Part shown: piece by piece, positions 20,655-33,046 of the stretch
Layout of the letters: each line of letters opens with the position of its first letter
How positions within the stretch are numbered: position 1 is the first letter of the stretch
Source of the DNA: Amoebidium appalachense
Lineage: Eukaryota; Protista; Ichthyosporea
Direction: 5' to 3'
DNA length: 64,000 nt
NCBI GenBank assembly: GCA_963693365.1
Contig: CAVNZM010000001.1
Span: 8,448,907 to 8,512,906 of the forward strand
Notes under the pieces: model-generated
Told to the model about the DNA's origin: nothing
Seen by the model: the letters and a program-made list of their open reading frames with translations, nothing else
The model's database searches: none
Translations under genes and position numbers: made by a program

Positions 20655-21508
20655 ACCACCACCACCACTACTATTCCACGTCTCTTCCCCTCCCCGCTGC
20701 CCCCAGTACACATGCACACACACAGGCGCGCGCACACACACACGCACGCATACGCGCGCGCACACACACACACGAGTTCAAATGATGTGAAAAAAAAGAA
20801 ATTGCCAACGAAACCCAAGGGTGTGTGTGCGCACACACACACACACACAGAGAGAGAGAGATAGAGACACACACAACCACACACGCACATGCACATACAC
20901 CCACACACTACCACACCCACACCCACACACGTTCACATAAACACACACGGGCACGGGTGTACGCACACGCCCGCGCCCGCACACATGTACACACACTGTC
21001 GCTCACACAAACACGCACACACAAAATAAGCACACTTCATTTCCCTTTTCTCTGCCCCCTCCCCCATCCCCTCCTCCCCTCCCTTCCTCCCCTCCCTCCC
21101 TCTCACCTGTTTCCCCCTTCCCCCTTTGTCAACTATTAAAGAAAACTTAAGAAAGTCTTCGTATCACCAACCATGTATTTAAACTCCCCCCCCCCCTCCC
21201 CCCCCCCCCCCCCTCCCCCCCTCTCCCCCCTCCCCGGGTGGCTCGGGTAGGTCACATTCCGCCTCATCTTAACAATGCGTAATCAGGAAATGAACTCACG
21301 AGAGCTTGATTTCCTGTGTGCGATTGGCTTTGACCTCAACGTGGGCCCGCAAGAGTACCGCCACTTCATCCGCAAGATGGAGACAACCCTTGCACGGGAG
21401 TTTGACACCGTCCCCCCACCACCCCCACTCCCTTTGCCCCAGCCCCCGGACCACAGCCGCTTGGCGTCGTGGATATTCACAACGAGCGACTCCCCTTCTA
21501 ATCAGTAG
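16567..21508 (+). CDS. PX (phox) domain fused to a PHO80/Pcl-like cyclin box
   Basis: In-frame GT-AG exons 16567-16665, 17600-17707, 18349-18432, 19010-19304, 19970-20265, 21251-21508. PX motifs: VYNIEV..WTVQRRYSQFLAFH..LPGK..QQRMASLARYLQ..FWQFL. Cyclin motifs: LALYYLRKI..HLLFIVGLIVTAKFWFDE..NNW..EMNSRELDFLCAIGFDLNV..EY. Confidence 0.85.
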
Positions 21509-21657
21509 TTTAGTAGATATGTATGAATGATGAACGAGATGTGTGTGGGGGGGGGTATTGTCTGTGCTTTAAAATCAGTATCTCTAAGTTTTTCGGTTTG
21601 TTTGCCGCGCTCTAGGGTGTCCGCTTGTGGGTGTGTGGGTGAGTGGGTGGGTGGGGT

Positions 21658-21724
<67 letters not shown>
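21658..21724. repeat. 67-nt poly-G homopolymer, among the longest of many G/C tracts
   Basis: Direct read; the exact length is probably unreliable in the assembly. Confidence 0.85.
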
Positions 21725-21725
<1 letters not shown>

Positions 21726-22945
21726 GAGGGGTGGGGGGGTTTGTGTGTGACTGTGAGCGTGTGTACGTGCGTGCACATGTGTTTATGCAAAAATGTATTT
21801 GTTGGCGGGGTGGGGGAAGAGGGGAAGGGGGGGGCTACTGTAGACTTGGAAGTATGTTAGGTGTGATACACACTGTACGTACGTATGAATGAATGGGTGC
21901 TGGCTAGTGTTAGATATTGTCTTGTTGTATTCGCCTTGGGGTGGGTGCTGGTTACAGTGAATAGTGTTTTCTGGTTGTCAGTCGAGTAGGTCGAATATAT
22001 AGCGTTTACGGGGCTCGTTGCTTCAACTTGTTTACTATTTTAATACTACCAGTCATTTTTGCTTGTTTGTAAACTGTCCATGGCACAGTGTCAAATTGAT
22101 GTGTCTTTTTCCTGCGTATATTTTTGTATCTCATAAGCCATAGACTGTAGTATCAAGTCTGTTAAATGTTGCTATGAGAGAAGGAAAATAGCCCAAAAAA
22201 CCAAATCGGGTGAGCTTTGAAGTTCACTGACATTACTTACTAACTTAGTTCGACAACACGGCCGTGTTTCTAGATGGCCGTGGTTCGACAAACACTCCGG
22301 TTTTTGCGTAATTGAATTTGCAGGCGCTCTCCCAAATAGCTTTATAAGGCTATTGTGGTGCAGGCTGGACCAATCATGGGCATTTTGCCACTGATACGTT
22401 TTTGGCCAATCACCTATGCCGTTTGCCGACAAGTGCAAAGCTCAACTGAGGTAGTCATTTCCTCAGTTTCAGTGTGGAGTTGTCCCATGCGGTGTCAAAT
22501 TGTACGGTAAAGTTCTAAGGGGAAAAAGGAAATGTCAAGTGTGTAGCCAAAGCCATCGATAAGTCCTAAGGCTAGGGCCTGATGCATCTCTGAGAACCTG
22601 CTAATTCCACAAGCGCTAACTTCCGTGTACTCAGTGCTATTTGTCTCGTTCCGCACTAACCCCAACTTGGCTTTAGCCTCTGGGCAGAACAAAACACAAA
22701 CGGTCACCTCATGTTTTTTTCGTGCCAGCAAGCACCTCGAAAAGCAGCTTGGAGTATCTGGCAGAGACCGGTAAGGGTAGCGTACACCATAGAGTCACAA
22801 GATTTGCCAATTTACGTCCAACTCTAATCCACCTTTCCACGTGTGGTTTCGAAAAACAGCACATGTGCGCACCAAACATTTAGACCAGCAATTCATACTC
22901 TAGCTTGCCAATCATTGAGTTATTTATTTACAGCAGCAAGGTGGC

Positions 22946-23246
22946 ATGGTAAAAATGCCGTCGGTTCTTCTGCCCATGTCTGTCACAAGCAAGCGGGGAA
23001 GCACACTTGCCCTCGCGCTTTTTCATTGGACAGGGAGGGAACATAAATTTTGGATAAGGCAGCCAGGCCTGCCTCCACGTGCGTGTAAAGTATACTGCAG
23101 ACAGACGCACTCTCAGGTGGGTGATCGGGCCCAGAGGATTTCGGAATTGATGGACATTTGGTTGTGGGTGTGGTGTTTGTTGTCTTTAGGAGGAGGTGGC
23201 TATGGAGGGGTGGGGTGGTGGTGGTGGACTAAAAAACTGCGGGGAA

Positions 23247-23277
<31 letters not shown>

Positions 23278-23538
23278 GAGAATGGGGGTTGTTATACAGG
23301 AGTTCCTCAAAAAAGGTTGAGTGACCAGTGTGAAAAACCCATTCTGGTGTGGTGGGATCTGGTTATGGCTTGCCTTTGTATAGACATCAGCTGCCAATTC
23401 TTCGACTGGGATCTTTGCTAACCACCTATGCAACAACATGGGCTCCACCATTGACAGTTCTTCACACCCACAGGCCGGGTCCAGCGCTCAGCATTCCCGC
23501 TTGGAGGGTGTCCGCAGATGGGCTGTGTCAGTGGTATG

Positions 23539-23587
<49 letters not shown>

Positions 23588-23868
23588 CCCCGCTGTGTGT
23601 GCACGCATACTTATGGAGGGGTGTAGGTACGTGCCTGTGGAACACTTGTGCTTGAAACCGCACAGGTCACCCGGCTGCGACTGCAAGGCCCACCCACCAA
23701 CTGGCGCACACACCAGCTGCTGGCACGGTGTGCAGCCCCTCCCCCCCCCCCCCCCCCCCCCCCTCCCTCCCTCCCTCCCCTCTCCCCTTCTTTCCTCCCT
23801 ACCTCATTTTCCGTGTGCTCCCCATCCTTGCTCCCCCCCCCCCCCCCCCCCCTTCCCCTCGCCCCCCC

Positions 23869-23899
<31 letters not shown>

Positions 23900-24204
23900 A
23901 AAAAAAAAATGAAAAGAAACGAAAACTGCCATCACCACCCCGTGTTGCCCCTGCACCCTCGTTCCTTGGGCTTTTTTCGTTTGTTTTCTCTTAACACCCA
24001 CCACCATTTCAATATCATCTGCCAGGCTGAAAGGGGAAGCAGTGTGGATGTGCACACCAGGTACAGGTTGCAACGAGTAGCCCATAGTCCACCTGTACGC
24101 CCTCTCATGCAGCCAGCCAGCGTGGTCAAGCCGCTAAAACTCCACCTCCCACTGCCCCCCCACACGTACACGCATGCATCAGCATGCAGCATAGTCCTCC
24201 CCAC

Positions 24205-24241
<37 letters not shown>

Positions 24242-24329
24242 CCCCCCCCTCCCTTCAACGCCAGACAGACACACACGCACACGCACACGCACGCAAACAC
24301 AAACACACATACACACACACACCGGCAGT

Positions 24330-24400
<71 letters not shown>

Positions 24401-24467
24401 CCATCACAAGCCCATGCACACCTACTACATCCGTACAAATACACATACACTCGCGCAAGTGCAAACA

Positions 24468-24527
<60 letters not shown>

Positions 24528-25231
24528 CACACACGCACACACACACACACGCACACGCACACACACATACACACACACACACCTACACCCACACAGAAAT
24601 TCCGCAGACCTACGGCAGCTGGTCCCTTTTGCTGTTGTAATTGCACTTCCCGGCACAGTGTTCCTACTTCCAGTCTTGATGAAATTTATTCCCAACTTCA
24701 CTCCCAGTGTCTTCCAGGGCGATTCAAAGGTATGAATGATGGGTGGGTGGTGGTGGGAGAGGGGGGACGGGGGCCGGGGGGGGGGGGGGGAGGAGGGGGG
24801 GGGAGGGAGGACGAGGGATAGTTGGGCGTGGTGCTGCTGTGGCGGGGGCAGGGGTAGCAGCGGCAGCTGAAAAGCGCGGGGGGAGGGGGGGGGGGGGGGG
24901 GGGGGGGATGGTGTGTGCCCGCAACGGGTATTCTATTCACAGTTGGGCCACCGTGGGCCCGGAGGAGCACAGTTAATGTAACCTTTCTTCACTTTCTTTC
25001 TATGCTTTGCTGATGAAGAACTGCCCCCCCTCCCAATCCCTCCCCCCCTTCCTTCACCCCTTTTGAACGGTTCACACTTTCGCACGCAGGCAGGCACACA
25101 TGCATGCCTCGCCACAGATGCATACACAGGCACACTGCTGAACACTGCTGACACACACTTACACCCACACGCATCAATGACATGCACACATGTACACATA
25201 CTGACCCACCCACCCACCCACACACGTGCAC

Positions 25232-25307
<76 letters not shown>

Positions 25308-26091
25308 GGCACACAAGCACCACCACCAGTCGCAGCTACGTGAGCAACTACGTGCACCCATGCAAGTCATGCTACAAACCGTAGCCCAGCGCCTCATTAG
25401 TGGGCCTGAACCGCAGCAAACAGTCGGCAAGGCGCTAAATATGGATGTTGAGCGGGTAAGTATGGCTTTGATATATATACATTATATTGCGCGGATATAT
25501 TGCCTTGATGTTTTCCCGTTATGTTACTTTGATCTATTGCTTGGATATACTGCTGTGGCCATATGGTGGGGGAAATACCACAGAATGATAGAAGAATCGA
25601 GGTGACGGGAGCTTGCGTGAGGAAGAGAATGAAGGAAATGGAGCATGAAGTAATGCAATGTGAGAAGGGAGAGACGGCTAGTTTTTTCAGAGGGAGGGGG
25701 GAGGGGGAGAGGGGGGTGGGGGGGGGGGGGAGGAGAGGGAGGATGGGATGTTAGTGCTTTTGTGTTCCCGTTCGGATGCACTGCTTTCTGTCTAACAAAT
25801 GACTGGTGTGGGTCACCATCGCTTGGTATCTGCTGTGTCCCTTGTGGAGGGTTATCATTAAATCGTTGAGTTTCTTAATCTGTGTAAGCGGAGCCCTCTC
25901 CCTTCCCCCCCTCCCCCCCCCCCCCCCCCCCTCCCCCCCCCCCCCCCCCCCCCCGCCCCCTCTACACCACCACTAAGCAAGGGAGAAACGAATGGGAAGG
26001 GAAAAATCACAAAATAACAGAATATCACACATGCATGTTTGCTCACACGCATGCACACAATCACATGCACATTCACACATTCACACTCACA

Positions 26092-26188
<97 letters not shown>

Positions 26189-26327
26189 GCACAGGTATTT
26201 GGCAGCCGACCTCAACCGCCATGTCATCTCTTATCCAAAGAGATCGCGCCTGCTGTTACAGAGGTCTTTGCAGTGCAGGTGGGTGTCCACTTGGTGGGTT
26301 TGTGTCTTACGAGCATACAAGAAGGGT

Positions 26328-26360
<33 letters not shown>

Positions 26361-26630
26361 AGAGGAGGGTGGGGGGGGGGGGGGTGGGGGGGGAGTTTTT
26401 ATTAAGTAATGGGGTGGTCGTCGAAGAGGAAGGAAGAGAAGGGCAAAGATTTAGTATGTACGCACATGTAGGTAAGGAAGACACGAGAACCTATGAGTTC
26501 CATATTAGAATGAGAGAGCAACAGAAGAGACGAAACGAGCAATGAAATGTTGATGGACCAACATGGGAGAGTGGGTGAATGTGTGGTTGTGGTGTTGGTG
26601 GTGGTGGTGGGGTGGGGGGTGGGGGACGGG

Positions 26631-26666
<36 letters not shown>

Positions 26667-26912
26667 CTGGTTGCCCTGGGGGATGGGGAGGGGGGATGGG
26701 AGGGGGCGCGGGGGGAATGGGACGAATAAGTGCGCCTATTCTTTTTATGACGGGTAGGTGGGTAGGGACTGGATCTGCTGACGGGGTCCGAGTGCCGGCT
26801 GCTGTGCCGCTTTCTGGGCCTGCCTGCACTACTGCTGCCTAGAGCCGTGCTGAAGAGACACGTGCAATATCTGCAGGTGGATGATAAGGTGTGTGTACAG
26901 ATTTGTCTCTCT

Positions 26913-26960
<48 letters not shown>

Positions 26961-26987
26961 GCGTGTGTGTGTGCGTGTGTGTGTGTG

Positions 26988-27039
<52 letters not shown>

Positions 27040-27626
27040 GGGGGGAGGGGGGGGGGGGATTAGACACCACAGTTAAAAAGGAGGTGGGGCAGAGCAGAGG
27101 GCAGGGAGGGAAGGGAGGCCGGGGGGGGGGGGGGGGAGGGGAGGGGGGAGGGGGCAAGGGGAAAGGGCGAGCCAGGTGACCCGTTGGGTTGTTGTGAAGC
27201 ACTCCCCCCTCTCCCCCCCCCCCCCCCTCTCCCCCCCCCCCCCCCCACCCCCCACCCCCTGCAAACCCCCTTGCTGTCTTTGATCTTGATGAACCAGCTA
27301 TGCATCATCCCTGTAACGCTTTCAGACGAGTAAAACAGGAAGGGTTAGAGATTTGTTTCGTTAAAATGCTCCCTTGCAATAATGCATGCAATGGTACTGT
27401 GTGCAATGGTACTGTGTGCAACGGTACTGTGTGCACTGGAACTGTGTGTAATGGTACTGCATGCAATGGTACTGTGTGCACTTCTGTGATTAACACGACA
27501 CGTAATTGTTGCAGTTGTTAAAAGCGGAAGCCAAGGTGCAGCTCTCAACGGAGGAGTTACTGGAAGCATGTAGTCAGAGAGGTGGGTGTGCACCTGTGCA
27601 CGTGTATGCATGGTGGGTGTGGGTGG

Positions 27627-27688
<62 letters not shown>

Positions 27689-27713
27689 GTGTGTGTGTGT
27701 GTGTGTTTGTGGT

Positions 27714-27763
<50 letters not shown>

Positions 27764-28064
27764 GTGTGTTTGTGTCTGGCGTGGGTAAAAGAGTAGGAAG
27801 TGGGGAGGATGAGGGTCCGGGGGTGGGGGGGGGGGGGGAGGGGGGAGGGAGGGAGAGGAAAGGGGGGAGGGGGGAGGGGGGATATCTGACACATGTAACT
27901 GATGATTTTCTATTGGTGTAGGTTTAAGAGCAGGTGAGGCACCCAATAGGCTGGCAGCGTGTGAGGACCTTGCCGATTGGCTGCATTTGCCCAATGGGCC
28001 ACCGCCATACACCCTGCTGGTTCTACGTTCTGTTCTTAGCTACTACTCGCACGTGCAACGGTAA
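22946..28064 (+). CDS. LETM1-domain-containing mitochondrial inner-membrane protein (short, LETMD1-like)
   Basis: In-frame exons 22946-23116, 23384-23533, 23627-23727, 24597-24729, 25330-25455, 26195-26278, 26766-26888, 27515-27581, 27922-28064. LETM1 motifs: [75 protein letters not shown]. The N-terminal exons are less certain. Confidence 0.85.
27387..27480. repeat. 15-bp tandem repeat (TGCAATGGTACTGTG), about 6 copies, intronic
   Basis: Direct read; lies just upstream of the branch/acceptor at 27514. Confidence 0.85.
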
Positions 28065-28959
28065 ATTAAAGGTTCTGCAAGACCTCGGCACACAAAATGA
28101 CTTAGTGGCTGTACCTTATGCCGGTATTCTGCCCCGAGTTGCACTGGAATGAGAATGGTGCTTTTTATAGAGCGCTGAAGTGATTCATATGTATGCTCGT
28201 TCCTGTTTTGCTGTTTGGAATACACCTATCTGCTTGCTGCTGCTGAATGCCAGCTATAGTGTTACAGTACACTGTGTGTACATAAAGGGTCATTCTCGAG
28301 CTCACATATAATTAATATTATAACCCCGCCCTAGTGAGGCTGGGGCAAACCCCTGGGCCAAGGGTGTACTAGTGGTTAGGATTGGTAAATGTGTGTTAGC
28401 TTATCTGATTGCACCACATGTACAGTCGGTGCTTTGTAGTGGAAAATGCCGTTCCCATAGGGGGCTCCGATGGAGCCCTCCCCCCTGGGACAGAATGGGA
28501 TAAAATAAAAAGTAAAAAAGTGCTCGGTTATCATGATGATGCATCGCATGGCTGCTATGATATGGGAGAGGTTTGGGGGAGTTGGGGAAGGGGGTGGAGT
28601 CGGTTGGGGGAAGGTGGGGGTGGGGTTGGGGGGGGGGGGGGGGGGGGAGGGGGGGTTCAAAACCATGTATCTGTTGCTACATGTACACTGTAGCCACGAT
28701 GTTCTGTCTCCGGCTGGCCCATGTTGAAATCTTAAGCTATGATACTGATTGTTGTGCTGTAAAAGTCAAGAGGTGACTTGCCTAAAGCCCACTTAACGTA
28801 TTGCTGTAGCCCAAGAAACATGTATTTTGCATGGTGAAGCCTTTTTATCTTGAAACGAAAAACGGTGATAGGCGCAAGAGGTGGGTTCCCACTAAGCCAC
28901 ACACCGACATCATCATATTTCACACCATTATATTATTTCCCCCCGGACCGAACCCCCAT

Positions 28960-28990
<31 letters not shown>

Positions 28991-28994
28991 CCCC

Positions 28995-29025
<31 letters not shown>

Positions 29026-29092
29026 AAGAAAAGAAAAAAATAGGAATAAAACTTAGACGATAGAAAAAGAAAAAAAAAAAGACGAAGAGAGA

Positions 29093-29140
<48 letters not shown>

Positions 29141-29201
29141 GAAAAAAATAGGAATAAAACTTAGACGATAGAAAAAGAAGAAAAAAAAAAGATGAAGAGA
29201 G

Positions 29202-29232
<31 letters not shown>

Positions 29233-29310
29233 AAAAAAAAAAGAAAAAAAATAGGAATAAAACTTAGACGACAGAAAAAGAAAAAACAAAAGATGAAGAG
29301 AGATAGAGAG
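28960..29310. repeat. About 120-bp composite tandem repeat (poly-C, poly-A, TAGGAATAAAACTTAGACGATAGAAAAAG), 3 copies
   Basis: The conserved core recurs at about 29041, 29149 and 29252, separated by C and A runs of variable length. Confidence 0.85.
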
Positions 29311-29447
29311 ACAGGGGTTGAGCCGTCCCGGGGGGAGGTAGAAAGGCGGGGGAGGGGGTTGGGGGAGGGGGGGGGGGGGGGGGGGGGGGGAGGGAGAGAC
29401 GAAGCGGAAAAGAAGCGAGGGGGGGGGGGGGGGGGGAGGGATTCGGT

Positions 29448-29480
<33 letters not shown>

Positions 29481-29854
29481 GGGAGGGGGGGGGGGGGGGG
29501 GGGGCGAGGGAGAGACGAAGGAGAAAAGAAGCGAGAGGGGGGGGGGGGGGGAAGGATTCGGTCGGGGGGGGGGGGGGGGGGAGTGAGAGCGAGACTAAAA
29601 AGTTTTTTGCTTGGCTCAAAAAATGATTCAGCATTATTATAAAACTCTCAGTCTAGTTGGAATTTGGATAAGAGAGCCCATGGAACGGATTCCCTGGCAA
29701 CAATTATTCTGCGCGGTGAACTTAAATTCCAAGCTGTTAACAAAACACTGAGATAGGGGCAAGAGGGAGGCCCCACTGAGCCACACACCACCATCACCGT
29801 AGGCTACCGAGGGAAACCCGCGTGGCACACACATGTCCTCCCCTCGCCCCCCCC

Positions 29855-29905
<51 letters not shown>

Positions 29906-30379
29906 AAAAAATAAAAATAAAAATTAATGAGAGAGAGAAAGACTCGGAGAGAGAAGATAGAGTGCAGAGAAGGGGGGGGGGGGGGGGGGGGGGGGAGGGG
30001 GGGAGAGAGGGGGGTGAGTAGAGGGGGGGGGGCAGGAGGGGAAGAGAGAGAGAACGAGAGAGAGCCTCTAGTAGTCTACAGTAAAGGGAGAGAGAGAGAG
30101 TGAGATGGGGAGGGGGAGAGAGGAATGGAGGGAAGGAGGAGGGAGGGAGGGAGGGGGAAGCTGAGGCCCACGGTGAAAGAAGGGGGGGCGAGGTGGGTGT
30201 GGGGGGGGTGGGAAGGGGGGGAGGGGGAGAGGGGGGGGATCGGGAAAGAGGGGAGCAAATGGAGAATTCTTTTGGTTTGCCCCTCGAAGAAATGGCCCAA
30301 CAAACTTATGAAAACTGAGCTGGAAAAGGGAACCCTTGCCCCCCCCCCCCCCCCCCCCCCTCCCGGTCCGGCCAGATTC

Positions 30380-30413
<34 letters not shown>

Positions 30414-31259
30414 CCCATGGCCCCCCGTCCCAATCTTCCCCCTCCCCCGTCCCCCACCCCCACCCTCCCCTGAGGCCTCTCCCCCTCCCCCCTTCAATCT
30501 CTCTTTTTCAGGCTCCTAGTCCCCCCCCCCCCCCCTCCCCCCCCCCCCCCCCCCCCCCCTCCTTGTCACCCCCAAGTATTTTTTTTTGTGTTGGGCAGAA
30601 GGGGGTGGGTGGGTGGGGGGGGTCAAAGGAAAAAAGCCTTGATGATAAGTAGACACCTATAAGCAGGCAAACGCCTATGTCGGGCCATTTATCTAGAATT
30701 CATTAATATGTTGCAATTGCACATTTCTTTAAAACGGTTGCACCATATAATCCATAGGGCAGGCAAAAAAATCATGCCATACTGAAGAATGGGGCATAAA
30801 CATAGATAATGGAGCCGGGGAAGCCTTAGGATTGAATAGTAACTAGGCTGTAGCCGGTTGGGGAAGAATTTCTCACTGTTTCAAAGTTTTTGGTTTATAT
30901 GTACATACTGTATGCATGTTATATGATTTAGACTAGGCTCTAAAAGAGTTCTTTAGAATAAATGCAGGCTACTATTATTGGTTCAAACTAAATAGTTTAA
31001 CAGCTCACAGAACTGTTTTTTTTATTTCTAATCATGACCGGTCCACTGTCTCAATTACAACTACAGGCGGTGCACAAAATTTGCTTCATATACCTCCTTG
31101 ATTTCAGTGTGCATTGAAAAAAATTAAAATAAAATCAATGTTTTTTGATTGCATCAAGATGTTTCGTTAATAATAAATACTGGTATAGCTTATGTACGTC
31201 CCAAACTGTGCGTGTGTGACATCACTATTAAAGCCACCATGATAAAGTTTAACGGTATT

Positions 31260-31678
31260 TTAAATTTTGAATCCCCTTTTTAGGGCATGACATGTGCAGA
31301 CGCCTGGGCTGTTGCAGCCGGGCTGGGTCTGGCACCAGGAGTCGGGGATATTGGCCACCAGACTCTTGCACACGGGCTGGGGGGCGTTGGGATCGACCAT
31401 TTTGCAGTAGCCAACATTCACCTCGCAGCCATTGGCCCGGCACCACTCATTGCTGATGTTGCTGACCAGCGACACACACACCATGCCGCCGGATGTGGTG
31501 GCGGTGGTGGTGGGGGTGGTGGCGGCGATGCTTGTGGTTGTGGTGGAGGGGCGGATGGTGGTGGTGGTGGCAGTGCTAGCAGTGGTGGTAGCTGGACGGG
31601 TAGTGGTGGTGGTGGTGGTGGTAGGTGCTTTGGTGGTGGTGGTGGTGGTGGTTGTGGTTGGTGCCTTAGTGGTGGTGG
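31260..31678 (-). pseudogene. Inverted remnant of a chitinase paralog (Thr-rich linker plus Cys-rich C-terminal module only)
   Basis: The reverse complement closely matches about 32660-33058: CVSLVSNISNEWCRANGCEVNVGYCKMVDPNAPQPVCKSLVANIPDSWCQTQPGCNSPGVC. Confidence 0.85.
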
Positions 31679-33046
31679 AACTTCAGCCACGACACTTGCA
31701 TCTTCAACGATGCAGCTGCAACCCCTGCATCCCGGCTTGCGTTTGCAAACAACGTGATTGCGTTTGTGCGGCAGCACGGATTGACGGCGTGGACATTGAC
31801 TGGGAGTACCCCGAGGCCGCCGACCGCATCAACTTCACCCTCCTGCTGCAGGTTCTGCGCCAGCACATTGCCGCAGAGGCCCAGGCCACGGGCAAGGCAC
31901 CCCTCCTGGTGGGCATTGCCGTCTATGCGGGGCACACGCAGGTGAACACCAAGTACGAGGTGGCCCAGATAGCACAGTATGTGGACTGGGTGGGCGTCAT
32001 GCCCTACGACCTGTATGGCTCACGTGGGAGAGCCAAACCCGCGCGGCCACACGCAGCTCTACCCAGTCAATGCGTCCGACCCCGACGAGTTCTCGGTGCA
32101 GCGCAGCATGGCCACGTGGGCTGCCGGGGTGCCGGCCGACAAACTGCTCATGGGCATGGGCACATACGGCCGCGCATTCACCCTGGCCAACCCGGGGGCG
32201 TCCACCGGCAAGCCCTGCAACATGCTTGCAAGCACAGTCAATCCCGCGCCCAGCGGTCCGGTGACCCGGCAGGCCGGGTTCCTGGCCTACTACGAGATCA
32301 AGGACTTGGCGGCGCAGCCCGGGGTCGTGCAGTACGAGGACACGCAGCAGGCATTCTCGGCGGTGGTGCAGGCCGGCAACGTGTGGGTGGGCTACGACAC
32401 AGTGGGCACGCTGGCAGCCAAGGTCGGGCACCTCAAGGCCGGCGGGTTCCGCGGGGCCATGTTCTGGGCGCTGGACCTGGACGACTTTGCCAACGGCTAC
32501 CCGCTGATCTCCTCCGTGTCCAAGGCCCTGCTGGCAAACGCCACAACAACAACAACGTTAACCACTGCTTCGCCCACGGCGCCCCCCACAACCACCACCA
32601 CCAAGGCACCTCCCTATCACCACCACCACCACCACCACCACCACCAAGGCACCGACCACAACCACAACCACCACCACCACTAAAGCACCTACCACCACGA
32701 CCACCACCACCCGCCCAGCCACCACCACGCTAGCACTACAACCATCACCACCGCACGCCCCTCCACCACAACCACAAGCGCCGCCACCACCACTACCGCC
32801 ACCCCCACTACCACCACCACCACCACCACATCCGGCGGCATGATGTGTGTCTCGCTGGTCAGCAGCATCAGCAATGAGTGGTGCCGGGCCAATGGCTGCA
32901 AGGTGAACGTTGGCTACTGCAAAATGGTCGATCCCAACGCCCCCCAGCCCGTGTGCAAGTCTCTGGTGGCCAACATCCCCGACTCCTGGTGCCAGACCCA
33001 GCCCGGCTGCAACAGCCCGGGTGTTTGTGCTTATGTGATGCCTTGA
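31676..33046 (+). pseudogene. GH18 chitinase, intronless, 5'-truncated and frameshifted, with Thr-rich linker and two Cys-rich repeats
   Basis: Starts at the WNF of the GGWN motif, then RLAFANNVIAFVRQHG/DGVDIDWEYP (catalytic DxxDxDxE intact), VMPYDLYG, KLLMGMGTYGR, GFLAYYEI, WVGYD, GAMFWALDLDDF. Frameshifts near 31781, 32020, 32612 and 32730. No start codon, signal peptide or N-terminal barrel strands. Confidence 0.9.

Noticed and set aside
22172-22800. Repeat-free intergenic stretch with short minus-strand ORFs, GTTCGA motifs and the palindrome AACACGGCCGTGTT
   Set aside because: I see no recognisable protein motif, splice structure or tRNA cloverleaf, so neither a gene nor an ncRNA can be supported.
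24026-24130. Possible extra exon in the LETM1-like gene
   Set aside because: Exons 23627-23727 and 24597-24729 already join in frame (CG|A = Arg) with family-typical spacing.
27300-27521. ORF with CNGTV pentapeptide repeats
   Set aside because: It is the translation of a 15-bp intronic tandem repeat inside the LETM1-like gene.
31432-31680. Val-rich hydrophobic N-terminus on the 433-aa chitinase ORF, resembling a TM or signal region
   Set aside because: It is the antisense reading of the inverted Thr-rich linker, not a real N-terminus.
32600-32683. Poly-His C-terminal tail on the chitinase ORF
   Set aside because: It is a frameshifted reading of ACC (Thr) repeats.
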